A stretch of DNA of 64,000 nucleotides from an uncultured Candidatus Saccharibacteria bacterium (GCA_964427585.1 CAYRVC010000001.1:189846-253845), one strand, 5' to 3'. Counted from the stretch's first letter, positions 21,102 to 29,544 are shown. Program-made: numbers and translations. The notes: generated from the letters alone by a model not told the origin.

Positions 21102-22196
21102 ATGGATTATTACCAAGTCCTTGGCGTTCAAAAAAGCGCCACGGAGGAAGAAATAAAAAAAGCTTTCCACAAGCTGGCTCATAAATACCACCCGGATAAA
21201 GGCGGAGATGAAAAAAAATTCAAAGAGATAAACGAAGCTTATCAAGTGCTTTCAGATAAAAACAAACGGGCGCAATACGACCAGTTTGGCAGGGTATTTG
21301 AACAAGGCGCTCCCGGGGGAGACCAGGGTTTTGATTTCAACTGGTTTTGGCAGAACAGGGGCAGGCAGGCAGAGGGACAGGAATTTGATTTTGGCGATAT
21401 TAGCGATATTTTCGAAGACTTTCTGGGATTTAACCAAGGCAGGCAAAAAGCAAGAAAAGACCCGAAAAAAGGAAGGGATATCCAGGTTGATATAGAAATT
21501 CCCCTGGAAAATGTATTTAAAGAAAAAGTTGAAAAAATCACTTTGGCAAAAACAATTGTCTGCCACAGGTGCTCGGGATCCGGGGCTGAACCTCAAAGCA
21601 AAATAAAAGAATGTTTTTCCTGCAGGGGAACGGGCCAGGTGCAAAAAATCAAGAAAACATTTTTCGGCTCTTATACCACAATAGGAATTTGCCCGGAATG
21701 CCATGGCGAAGGGACAATACCGGAAAAACCCTGCAATGTATGCAAGGGCGAAGGAAGAATTAAGGGCCGGGAAGATATTGATGTTTTGATACCGGCTGGA
21801 GTTGACACAGACCAGGTAATTAAAGTTGAAGGCAAGGGCGAGGCCGGAAAGAAAGGCGGAAAGCCCGGCAATCTTTTTGCCAGAATACTGGTTAAAAAAC
21901 ATCCTGTTTTTGAAAGAAGGGGAGACGATTTATACGTTTCCCGCCACATTTCGTTCAGCCAGACAGCCTTGGGAGATGAAATAGAGCTTGAGACTTTGGA
22001 AAAAACAAAAATACTGCTTAAAATTCCCGCGGGCGCGGATTCCGGAAATATTTTAAGGATTACGGGAAAGGGAATCCCGTACTTTAAAGGATACGGAAGA
22101 GGCAATTTATACGTTGAACTGATAGTAAAAACGCCGAAAAAGCTAACCAGAAAGCAAAAAGAATTATTGGAAGAACTTAAAAAAGAAGGATTATAA
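21102..22196 (+). CDS. dnaJ: co-chaperone DnaJ
   Basis: J-domain with HPD (KYHPDKGG), a G/F region, and four CxxCxGxG zinc motifs. Confidence 0.95.
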   Translation: MDYYQVLGVQKSATEEEIKKAFHKLAHKYHPDKGGDEKKFKEINEAYQVLSDKNKRAQYDQFGRVFEQGAPGGDQGFDFNWFWQNRGRQAEGQEFDFGDISDIFEDFLGFNQGRQKARKDPKKGRDIQVDIEIPLENVFKEKVEKITLAKTIVCHRCSGSGAEPQSKIKECFSCRGTGQVQKIKKTFFGSYTTIGICPECHGEGTIPEKPCNVCKGEGRIKGREDIDVLIPAGVDTDQVIKVEGKGEAGKKGGKPGNLFARILVKKHPVFERRGDDLYVSRHISFSQTALGDEIELETLEKTKILLKIPAGADSGNILRITGKGIPYFKGYGRGNLYVELIVKTPKKLTRKQKELLEELKKEGL

Positions 22197-22207
22197 ATTT
22201 GTGCAGG

Positions 22208-22278
22208 GCCCCTATAACTTAATGGTAAAGTAGCTGCCTTTTAAGCAGCCTATCTCAGTTCGATTCTGAGTAGGGGCA
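22208..22278 (+). tRNA. tRNA-Lys (anticodon UUU)
   Basis: Hand-folded cloverleaf. Acceptor GCCCCTA/TAGGGGC. D arm ACTT/AAGT. Anticodon stem GCTGC/GCAGC with loop CTTTTAA. T arm CTCAG-TTCGATT-CTGAG. No encoded CCA. Confidence 0.85.
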
Positions 22279-22298
22279 CAATCTAAAGCAAATAAAGA

Positions 22299-22334
22299 GG
22301 CGGCTTGTTTTGATAACAAAGCCGCCATGTTTTT
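22299..22334. terminator. bidirectional terminator hairpin
   Basis: GGCGGCTT ... AAGCCGCC stem. A T-run follows on the plus strand and a T-rich tail on the minus strand. Sits between tRNA-Lys and the convergent Ubl gene. Confidence 0.65.
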
Positions 22335-22550
22335 TTATCCGCCCGTAATGGGCTGAGAGAGGATTACAAGGTCTCTCTCTTTAACCGTGACTTGGTCTGG
22401 ATTTACGGCCTTGCCGTTTACCAGAACCTGGTCACCGTTATTTAAAACAACTCCGGCAGCCTGTATGGCTCCGGAAACATTCACTCCCTCGGCGACCGTG
22501 ACTTGCACCGGATCGCCTCCGGCAGCTAAAAGAACCCTGCAGTTTGGCAT
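22335..22550 (-). CDS. ubiquitin-like beta-grasp protein (ThiS/MoaD-like), 71 aa, C-terminus ...PITGG-stop
   Basis: AAGGAGG RBS 6 nt before the ATG at 22550. The protein ends exactly in Gly-Gly. Last gene of the E2-JAB-E1-Ubl operon. Confidence 0.8.
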   Translation of the reverse strand: MPNCRVLLAAGGDPVQVTVAEGVNVSGAIQAAGVVLNNGDQVLVNGKAVNPDQVTVKERDLVILSQPITGG

Positions 22551-22612
22551 ATTGTGCCTCCTTTCTTGAGGTAGCCAAAAAGCTAACAATCACATACTAT
22601 CATAAATATTAT

Positions 22613-23296
22613 TTATGTCCAACGATCGGCAACTAAGACTGGCCTATCCTGCAAGCCGACGACCATGCAATTGGCAAGCCACTGTTGACTATGCCATTTT
22701 ATCAGCTGGTCAACAGCTAATCCAACCGTTATATTAACCGTTGTGATTACGGCGCGAAGCGTACAGGGAAGCTGCTCATTATATCCGTCTCCATAAGCAG
22801 ATGCCTGCTCCCAGCACTCTATTTCTTTAAGGTCTAAAGGATTGACCGTGTAAATTATTCCATGCCTCGGGCCTATCCTTATTTCAACCATTAAAGGCAC
22901 GGCTGGGTTATGTTTAATGCAGTTTTTCCAAATTTCGCGCCTTGCCGCCATTGAGTCCACGCATAAAAATACAATGCCGCGGAATTTAATTGCTTCTTTG
23001 ACCATTTGCCGATAAGCAAAAATTTTTATTTTCGGAAAAACAAGCGAAAGTTGTTTTTCCATCGCATCCACCTTGTGAGTTCCCATTGAATTCGGCAAGA
23101 AAGCGCCTGTAGGTATATTGTGACTTTTTACCGTATCACCATCATATAATTCCAATCTTTTTATTCCCAACCTGGCTAAATTTTCCGCCAGCCTGGAGCC
23201 TATGGCTCCCACTCCTATAATACAGCAAGGCTGGCAGAAACAATCCGGATTGAAAATATCCATTTGCCTCAAAAATGAAACAGTTTGGTTATTCAT
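22613..23296 (-). CDS. minimal E1-like adenylating enzyme (ThiF/MoeB/HesA family)
   Basis: Rossmann GVGAIGS..A..LARLGI..L.L.D.D.V. CVDSMAARR. Candidate catalytic Cys in QLPCTLR. The ATG overlaps the JAB stop by 8 nt. Confidence 0.8.
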   Translation of the reverse strand: MNNQTVSFLRQMDIFNPDCFCQPCCIIGVGAIGSRLAENLARLGIKRLELYDGDTVKSHNIPTGAFLPNSMGTHKVDAMEKQLSLVFPKIKIFAYRQMVKEAIKFRGIVFLCVDSMAARREIWKNCIKHNPAVPLMVEIRIGPRHGIIYTVNPLDLKEIECWEQASAYGDGYNEQLPCTLRAVITTVNITVGLAVDQLIKWHSQQWLANCMVVGLQDRPVLVADRWT

Positions 23297-24089
23297 CTTC
23301 GCTTTCTTTGCTAGGACCGATTATTCTTTCATGGCGTTTTAATTCGTTTACATAGTTAAAATAATCAGTAGAGGATGTTTTTACCGAATATGCCCTTGCC
23401 TCTTCCTGCTCAACTGAAAGGGTTAACAAACTCTTTAATTCTTCGCAGTCATATTCGTCAACCACCTCCCAGGCAACATTTACAAAAGCAACTTCTTTCT
23501 GATAATCGAAAACAGTGAATTCGGCCTGGAATGTCTGATGCCTTCCTTCGACATCCGTATTCCGATGAATATTATAATTTTGATAAACGGCACTGCTAAA
23601 TGCCGAAGAATCGGGCCTGTGGCAGACCGGGGCAGGGCTGAAAATCCCCCGTATAAAGAAAACAGGAGTTGCATTGCCGCGGATCAATTCTTCCATCTGG
23701 TTATTGTCTTGGTAACTTGGCTGGGTGCTGGCGAACAAATGCGCGTGCCCCCAGAATTTCAGGGGGTTTGCCTTGCCGCCGGCTTCATTGACCCACTGGC
23801 TTGCTATTTTTGCGATAGCCTTCGCGTCGAGCCGGGTTTCTGAAGCTGAGTTCGTTTGCTTTAAAGCAACAATATCTTCAATCAAATAACCGCTTGTTTT
23901 TACCGGGCTTTCAACATGTTTGACTTTTCCCACCCAGGAAAATTCTTCGCTCCTGGCGCAGCAAAATTCCAAAAAATGCGCTGTTTTTCTCAAAACTTCA
24001 AAGGTAATCATGATTTTTGGAGCCAATAAAGAAATCGGTTCAATTCTCATCTGCCCGGAATAGGGCGATAAAAGCCTGACTGATTTCAT
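23289..24089 (-). CDS. JAB/JAMM metallopeptidase (deubiquitinase-like)
   Basis: Exact JAMM signature H-A-H-LFASTQP-S-YQ-D (HxHx7SxxD) in WGHAHLFASTQPSYQD. Upstream Glu in SEEFSWVGKV. AAGGAG RBS. Confidence 0.85.
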   Translation of the reverse strand: MKSVRLLSPYSGQMRIEPISLLAPKIMITFEVLRKTAHFLEFCCARSEEFSWVGKVKHVESPVKTSGYLIEDIVALKQTNSASETRLDAKAIAKIASQWVNEAGGKANPLKFWGHAHLFASTQPSYQDNNQMEELIRGNATPVFFIRGIFSPAPVCHRPDSSAFSSAVYQNYNIHRNTDVEGRHQTFQAEFTVFDYQKEVAFVNVAWEVVDEYDCEELKSLLTLSVEQEEARAYSVKTSSTDYFNYVNELKRHERIIGPSKESEDE

Positions 24090-24120
24090 AGGGAATCTCC
24101 TTTCTTTCCCGAATAATCGG

Positions 24121-25290
24121 TTAATTAAACCGGGGCCAATATGCTATTGACTTGCCCCAGGTATCATCAGGATCAACGCTTTTCAAATAGTTATATAAAA
24201 TATCCAGAAGCGCCGCAAACTCCCTTCGGGCGATGTATCTTGGAATAATCTCCTTGATAGTTCCCAAACATGGATTCCCGGCTTGATCAATATGGGGATG
24301 GTTTGTCACGCGCCCCACGAGAAACGAAGATATCTGTTTCGTTTGATTATAAATTTTTATGTAACTTCCGCCCGTGCCTATGGCAATAAGGAATTCTCCG
24401 ATATCATAAACATATTCGTTCAAATTAACTGCAATCCTTTCGGTAAACACAAAAATCATACCTTGATCATATTTAACGTGGCGCACATATGGCCTTCTCT
24501 TTATATCTTCAATGTTTACCTTTAGCGATTCAAGCTCTTCGTCTAATGTTTTTTTGCGCCGGTCAAGGTCCTGCTGAATTGTTTGTTCTTTTCTTATCGA
24601 CGAAATAAGACAATTCTGATAACTCTCAATATTATCCCTGATGCTTTTCAGCTGTGATTCAAGATCTTTATTTCGTTTTTCCAGCCATTTTGCGCAGTCA
24701 TCGGCAAAAAATTCAGTATTGATTTCATTTATTTCGCCGGTAATCCTCGGCAGGAAATTTCCCAAAATAACCGGAATAAGATTCCGGCAATGATCATGCT
24801 CCGGGCCCAGCTCTCCCACCCACATATGAGATCTCTGGTAAAAAACATCCCTTTCATGTATATCTGCCTTTACCCTGTAGCCAGCTTGGCCGCCAAAACA
24901 TACATGGAGCGCCCCGTTTTCATACAGGCCGTGCTCGTCATGCGAATAATGCAACACAACGGGCAAAGACAAATTAAGGTTGCTGCAAAAACCAGCGGCG
25001 ATATCTAAATATTGCCTCCAGTGATTGGATGGCTCGCTATGAAATTTAATGCCGACCCGCGGACTATCTTCTCCGTTATTCACGACAAGTTCGTTCACGC
25101 TCCATTCGCTTGTCGGAATCTCTTTTATTTCTCCATCGTTCCAGCCGAGGGCTTCCAGCGCTCTTTCTTTAAATTCCGCTAAGAAAATAATCCCTCTTGA
25201 ATTTCCGACGGTATCTTCCAGAGATAAAATCCCGCGTTGGCGGAATAAATCCAACTGGGCGTTCTTAACAAAATATGCCACTGCTGACAT
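24121..25290 (-). CDS. multi-domain protein with a C-terminal UBC/E2-like domain
   Basis: The C-terminal NHPHIDQAGNPCLGTIKE...ALLDILYNYLKSVDPDD parallels the E2 signature HPN(I/V)xxxGx(I/V)CL plus a following helix. A central heptad-rich coiled coil separates it from an unknown ~200-aa N-domain. ATG 25290 (GGAAGGGAG RBS) is preferred over TTG 25320. Confidence 0.65.
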   Translation of the reverse strand: MSAVAYFVKNAQLDLFRQRGILSLEDTVGNSRGIIFLAEFKERALEALGWNDGEIKEIPTSEWSVNELVVNNGEDSPRVGIKFHSEPSNHWRQYLDIAAGFCSNLNLSLPVVLHYSHDEHGLYENGALHVCFGGQAGYRVKADIHERDVFYQRSHMWVGELGPEHDHCRNLIPVILGNFLPRITGEINEINTEFFADDCAKWLEKRNKDLESQLKSIRDNIESYQNCLISSIRKEQTIQQDLDRRKKTLDEELESLKVNIEDIKRRPYVRHVKYDQGMIFVFTERIAVNLNEYVYDIGEFLIAIGTGGSYIKIYNQTKQISSFLVGRVTNHPHIDQAGNPCLGTIKEIIPRYIARREFAALLDILYNYLKSVDPDDTWGKSIAYWPRFN

Positions 25291-25393
25291 AATCGCGCTC
25301 CCTTCCAGTTTTTTGTCCAAAAAAATTTAAAAAGAGCTATTTTTAATATTTTAACACTACTTTAAAAATGCCCCGCCGTCAAGAGAAGAGAAA

Positions 25394-25526
25394 GTAACTA
25401 CTCACCCGTCCGAAGTCCGTCATTGCGAGCCTCAGCGAAGCAATCTCGTTCATTGTTTAGATTGCTTCGTAGTTGCGACTCCTCGCAATAACGATAGGGA
25501 ACAACTTCGTATGAGTGAGGAGTTAC
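25394..25526. repeat. 133-bp three-tier nested imperfect palindrome
   Basis: P1 pairs GTAACTACTCAC..CGAAGT with ACTTCG..GTGAGGAGTTAC. P2 pairs ATTGCGAG with CTCGCAAT. P3 pairs CGAAGCAATCT with AGATTGCTTCG around a 12-nt loop. Lies in the divergent intergenic region. Confidence 0.75.
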
Positions 25527-25537
25527 ACGACGAAAAT

Positions 25538-25566
25538 TTGACATAATATAATAAAATTGTTATTAT
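25538..25566 (+). promoter_or_regulatory. sigma70-like promoter for the M16 peptidase gene
   Basis: TTGACA, 17 nt spacer, TATTAT. An AGGAGG RBS lies at 25610-25615. Confidence 0.55.
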
Positions 25567-25622
25567 AATAACCAGAATAGCCCTTTAAAATTTTAACACC
25601 AAAACACACAGGAGGAGATTTC

Positions 25623-26885
25623 ATGTGGGACCCGTATGCTGAATTTGAATCAGCGGTATTGCCCAATGGTTTAACTGTTTATGCGGCCCATTGGCCGGAA
25701 CGGCCGTGGGAAGCAATGGGATTTTTGGTTCACAGCGGAGCAGAGCAGGATCCTGTGGGGCTGGAAGGATTGGCTCATTTTGTGGAGCACATGGTTTCCA
25801 AAAATGCAATCTTATCACGAAAAGAAATATCTGCATTTTTTGAAGATTGCGGCGGATGGGTTAATACCGGCGAAACCGGTCATATGTGCGCCCAATATAA
25901 TTTTTTCGCTCCGGCGGAAAAAGAAATAATAGCAAAAGCATTCTCAATATTCGGGCATATGATGCTTTCAGAAAAACTTGGAAGATTTATCGAAAGAGAG
26001 CGGCAGGTTATTATTGGGGAATTCCACGAAAAATATCCGACAAGGTTCGCTAGTTTTGACTTGGAAATGCAAGAGAGAAAAACGTTATATCCAGGATATT
26101 GGCTTGAAAGGTTTCCTGGTTTCGTTTTCGGCACTCCCGAATCGGTAAAAAAAATAACCCAAAATGATTTGCAAACATACTATGACGCCAATTATACGCC
26201 AGCAAACATAAGCGTCGTGGGGGTGGGGAGGTTGAAATTAGATGAAATTGTTAATCTTTTATCAGAAAGTAATTTTGGAGTGAATAAAAACGGGCAGAGA
26301 ACCGAGCTTCCCTGTTGCGTAAAAAAAATATGCCAGCCCATAGAGAATCGCTATGTCTTTGAGTATTCAAAACATATTTCCATGCAAGAACCAATAAAAG
26401 CGGCTTTTTATAGAACGGCTGCTGTAATTCCAGGAGATGTAAACACTGCTATAGGGCTTCTCAAGCACATGCTCGACGAAATTCTTGACGACGAAATAAG
26501 GCAATCCCGCGCCTGGACATATAATATCCACTGCTCCTGGTGCAATTTACGGCACTTTCACGAGTTCTCGATTAACTGCAAGGCATTGAAATTGGAGGCA
26601 GTTGACTTTATCGAGGATATAATCGAGACATGCATTGCCTCTCTTGAAGGCAGAAATGATTTATTTGAAAAAATAAAAAAACGGGCTATTGCAAGCAACC
26701 GCTTGATGGACCAGCGGGGAATAGGTATTTGCAACGGAGCGCTTAACGATCTCTCCAGGTTTTATAAAATTATCTCTTTGGCAGAATACGAGAAAAAACT
26801 TGAAGCCGTTCAAATGAGCGACATCCAAAACCTCCTTCAATGGATCGGTCCTGAGAGAAGGTGGACGCTTATTAAAAAACCTTAA
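25623..26885 (+). CDS. M16 (pitrilysin/insulinase) family zinc peptidase
   Basis: Inverted zinc motif HFVEHM (HxxEH) and the downstream ERERQVIIGE glutamate region. Confidence 0.8.
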   Translation: MWDPYAEFESAVLPNGLTVYAAHWPERPWEAMGFLVHSGAEQDPVGLEGLAHFVEHMVSKNAILSRKEISAFFEDCGGWVNTGETGHMCAQYNFFAPAEKEIIAKAFSIFGHMMLSEKLGRFIERERQVIIGEFHEKYPTRFASFDLEMQERKTLYPGYWLERFPGFVFGTPESVKKITQNDLQTYYDANYTPANISVVGVGRLKLDEIVNLLSESNFGVNKNGQRTELPCCVKKICQPIENRYVFEYSKHISMQEPIKAAFYRTAAVIPGDVNTAIGLLKHMLDEILDDEIRQSRAWTYNIHCSWCNLRHFHEFSINCKALKLEAVDFIEDIIETCIASLEGRNDLFEKIKKRAIASNRLMDQRGIGICNGALNDLSRFYKIISLAEYEKKLEAVQMSDIQNLLQWIGPERRWTLIKKP

Positions 26886-26891
26886 TAAGAT

Positions 26892-26933
26892 GCGGCCGTC
26901 CCGTTTTTTAAAACGCCAGACGGCCGCTTTTTT
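26892..26933 (+). terminator. rho-independent terminator
   Basis: GCGGCCGTC / GACGGCCGC 9-bp stem followed by TTTTTT. Confidence 0.8.
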
Positions 26934-26985
26934 GTTCAAATGTTGTTGAAATAATTTATCAAAAATGTATAATTATAATAACTTG

Positions 26986-27056
26986 GGGCCCATAGTAAAT
27001 CGGTATTACGGATCCATGGCATGGATCAGGGCCGGGTTCGATTCCCGGTGGGTCCA
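26986..27056 (+). tRNA. tRNA-Ala (anticodon GGC)
   Basis: Hand-folded. Acceptor GGGCCCA/TGGGTCC with a G3:U70 pair (Ala identity). Anticodon stem GATCC/GGATC with loop ATGGCAT. T arm CCGGG-TTCGATT-CCCGG. Confidence 0.85.
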
Positions 27057-27272
27057 CAGTTTTTTAGATTTTGACCGTGCGATTATGATGTCGAACGGTT
27101 TTTTATATACAAATTCAAGTTTTCCGTCCTTCAAAACTAATTTCGAAACTACAAAACTCAATAGACTTCTTTTGGAAGGTACCTAAAAAGCCCACTCTGC
27201 ATAGAAGCCGGGTTTTTTAAGTGCTCAAAAAATTGAATTTTTGCCAAAAAAGATGTAAATTGAATAAATATA

Positions 27273-27662
27273 ATGAATATGCCGAAACTAAACGAAAGCA
27301 AAAAAACATTTTCCTTCATTGATTTATTCGCTGGAATAGGCGGGTTTAGATTAGCATTGCAAGATTTCGGAGGGACTTGTGTTTTTAGTTCTGAATGGAA
27401 CGGAAGCTCACAAGATACCTACTTAAAAAATTTTGGGGAATTACCGCACGGCGACATCACAAAAATCAAAGAAAAAGAGATACCCGAACACGATATTTTA
27501 TGCGCGGGGTTTCCTTGTCAGGCGTTTAGCATATCGGGCAAGCGGCTCGGATTTAAAGATGTTAGGGGGACTTTGTTTTTTGATGTGGCGAGAATAGCTA
27601 AACATCACAAACCTGACGTTTTGTTTCTTGAAAATGTTAAAAACCTTAATTATTTTTTATGA
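27273..27662 (+). pseudogene. truncated DNA cytosine-5 methyltransferase (motifs I-VI only)
   Basis: Motifs FIDLFAGIGGF (I), GFPCQAFS (IV) and FLENVKNL (VI), then a stop after NYFL. No TRD or motifs VIII-X follow. Confidence 0.75.
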
Positions 27663-28417
27663 AAATTAAAAAATTAACTTTAAGAGAAAAATCAATATTA
27701 GCTGGTTTATATCTGTCAAAATTTAATACAGAAGGTCTAAAATTTTTGGGATTTGATAATTTTACAGAGGCGTTTAATGTCATCGGTTTAGCCTTGGGAG
27801 TTCAGCCAGCATCGGTAAAAAATTACAGAGATGAATTTGACCCGTTATTCCCAAACGAACGGCAGGGTTGGCATAAGAGAGAAATTAGAAAATACTGTAA
27901 AGATATTTATGACACTTTTCACGCTTTGAATTTGGTGAATTTTTCATCGTTGCTTAAAGATATTATTTACAAAGACCACGATTTAGATGTTTTGATGGAG
28001 GAAATTGCAAAACGCGAGGGCGAAAAAGAAAGTTCATTTGCCAAACGACTTATAACGGGACAGGCGGCGGAACAATATTTTAAGGATAATTTTTTGAGCG
28101 TTGATATTTTCAAAGGATATAATTTAGAAGATACAACAAAAGTCGGATGCGGTTTTGATTTTAAGTTGATAGCGGAAGAAAAGGAACGATATTTTGGCGT
28201 AGAAGTAAAGGGACTTAACGAATCAAGCGGTAACATTGCTCTGACCAACAAAGAGCATGCGGTCGCTGATTTTTTGAAAAACCGGTATTTTCTATTTGTG
28301 GTGAAAAATTTTAAGGAAAAACCATTTCACCAAAATTACCAAGACCCGATTAAAAATTTGAGTTTTAACAAAATTGAAAATAAAGTTGTACAAATAAGCT
28401 GGAACACGGCAGTTTAG
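27659..28417 (+). CDS. PD-(D/E)XK restriction-endonuclease-like protein (DUF3883-like C-terminus)
   Basis: GCGFDFKL...YFGVEVKG gives the D...E.K core. The start overlaps the MTase remnant stop (ATGA). Confidence 0.5.
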   Translation: MKIKKLTLREKSILAGLYLSKFNTEGLKFLGFDNFTEAFNVIGLALGVQPASVKNYRDEFDPLFPNERQGWHKREIRKYCKDIYDTFHALNLVNFSSLLKDIIYKDHDLDVLMEEIAKREGEKESSFAKRLITGQAAEQYFKDNFLSVDIFKGYNLEDTTKVGCGFDFKLIAEEKERYFGVEVKGLNESSGNIALTNKEHAVADFLKNRYFLFVVKNFKEKPFHQNYQDPIKNLSFNKIENKVVQISWNTAV

Positions 28418-28419
28418 TT

Positions 28420-28644
28420 ATGAAAATTTTTACAAATAACAAAAAATATTTCTTGGCCGAAATTATAAAAATTTGCGACACAAATAGTTTAATTACGGTT
28501 GATTGTTTGAAAGATGAAAACATGATAAGCGTTGAGGAAAAAGGAGTTGATTGTTTGTTTGAATTTCGTAAAATCGGCGAAGATTCCTTTAAGCTAATTT
28601 GGCAAGAAGATAATTTAAGTTTGATACCTGAAAAATATAGATAA
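28420..28644 (+). CDS. hypothetical 74-aa ORF, possibly the 5' part of a frameshifted gene with 28647-29150
   Basis: Abuts the next ORF in a different frame. No motif recognised. Confidence 0.35.
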   Translation: MKIFTNNKKYFLAEIIKICDTNSLITVDCLKDENMISVEEKGVDCLFEFRKIGEDSFKLIWQEDNLSLIPEKYR

Positions 28645-28646
28645 AA

Positions 28647-29150
28647 TTGGTTAGCAACCCCTCTGGCTTTAACCAAATTGATAAAAGGTGGATTGATAAA
28701 TATGTGGAACTTTGGAGTATTCCAAAGGATATAACAAAAGCACTTAAACTTTTTACTGGCGAAACAAAGCCGAGAAAGAAAGGATTAAAAGACTCTCGCC
28801 GAATGTTTATGGAAGAAATGGATAAGGCTACACAGAAAAAGATTATCGATTTCTTTGAAAGCAATAAATTCCTTGTTGTAGCAGATGTTTTAAAAGGCAG
28901 GGATAAATTGGCGGCGGCTTGGATTTTAATTTACATAAAACCAGAAAATTTATGGACTTTGTTGCCAATAGCAGTTGTGATAAATTTTTATGGTAATGGC
29001 GAGGTTCGCATTGCAAGAGGGGGCAGTTTAAAGATTGGCAGAATAACAATGCAAAGGAAAGGCGGGGACGGCGGCAGACTGACGGCTCAAATGTTGCAGT
29101 TCAAAATCAATCCAGCCGAGATTGCCAGGCAAATGGAAAATGACGGATAA
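28647..29150 (+). CDS. hypothetical protein, possible type II restriction enzyme remnant
   Basis: Context only (between a dcm remnant and vsr). TTG start. Confidence 0.35.
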   Translation: MVSNPSGFNQIDKRWIDKYVELWSIPKDITKALKLFTGETKPRKKGLKDSRRMFMEEMDKATQKKIIDFFESNKFLVVADVLKGRDKLAAAWILIYIKPENLWTLLPIAVVINFYGNGEVRIARGGSLKIGRITMQRKGGDGGRLTAQMLQFKINPAEIARQMENDG

Positions 29151-29544
29151 AATAACAAAAAAGGAAAGGAGCTCGTTAATGGCGAAAATAAAGAGCAAGG
29201 AAACGAAGCTTGAAAAGGATTTCAGAAAATTATTATGGAAAGACGGGTTTAGATATAGGAAAAATAGCTCTAAACATTTCGGTAAACCAGATATTGTTGT
29301 TGCCTCAAAGAATTTAGTTGTTTTTATTGATAGTTGCTTTTGGCACGGGTGCAAAAAGCATTGCCGCATACCAGAAGCCAACCGCGAATACTGGGTTAAA
29401 AAAATAAACGGAAATAGAAATCGGGACAAAAAGGTAAATGTTTATTACAAAAAAATCGGTTGGAAAATTATACGTATTTGGGAGCACAATTTAAAAATAA
29501 AAATAGGTGAAAAACAAAAAAGAAGAAAAAACAGATTGGAGTGA
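29140..29544 (+). CDS. vsr: very-short-patch repair endonuclease Vsr
   Basis: RS..M..I....T..E...R..L...G.RYR.......GKPDIV......VFIDSCFWHGC........P..N..YW..KI..N..RD. Confidence 0.85.
   Translation: MTDKITKKERSSLMAKIKSKETKLEKDFRKLLWKDGFRYRKNSSKHFGKPDIVVASKNLVVFIDSCFWHGCKKHCRIPEANREYWVKKINGNRNRDKKVNVYYKKIGWKIIRIWEHNLKIKIGEKQKRRKNRLE

Noticed and set aside
19019-22105. Antisense or off-frame ORFs within dnaK and dnaJ (e.g. 19625-19939, 21252-21902, 21671-22105)
   Set aside because: They are shadow ORFs of unambiguous chaperone genes.
22335-23296. Ubl plus E1 as an ordinary ThiS/ThiF or MoaD/MoeB sulfur-carrier pair
   Set aside because: The operon also encodes a JAMM peptidase and a UBC-like protein. 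No thiamine or molybdopterin biosynthesis genes are adjacent.
25394-25526. Nested hairpin as a known riboswitch or tRNA-like gene
   Set aside because: I could find no cloverleaf and no conserved riboswitch core. The word content resembles a common palindromic repeat family.
26965-27186. 73-aa track ORF
   Set aside because: It overlaps the hand-folded tRNA-Ala (26986-27056) and has no RBS, so it is spurious.
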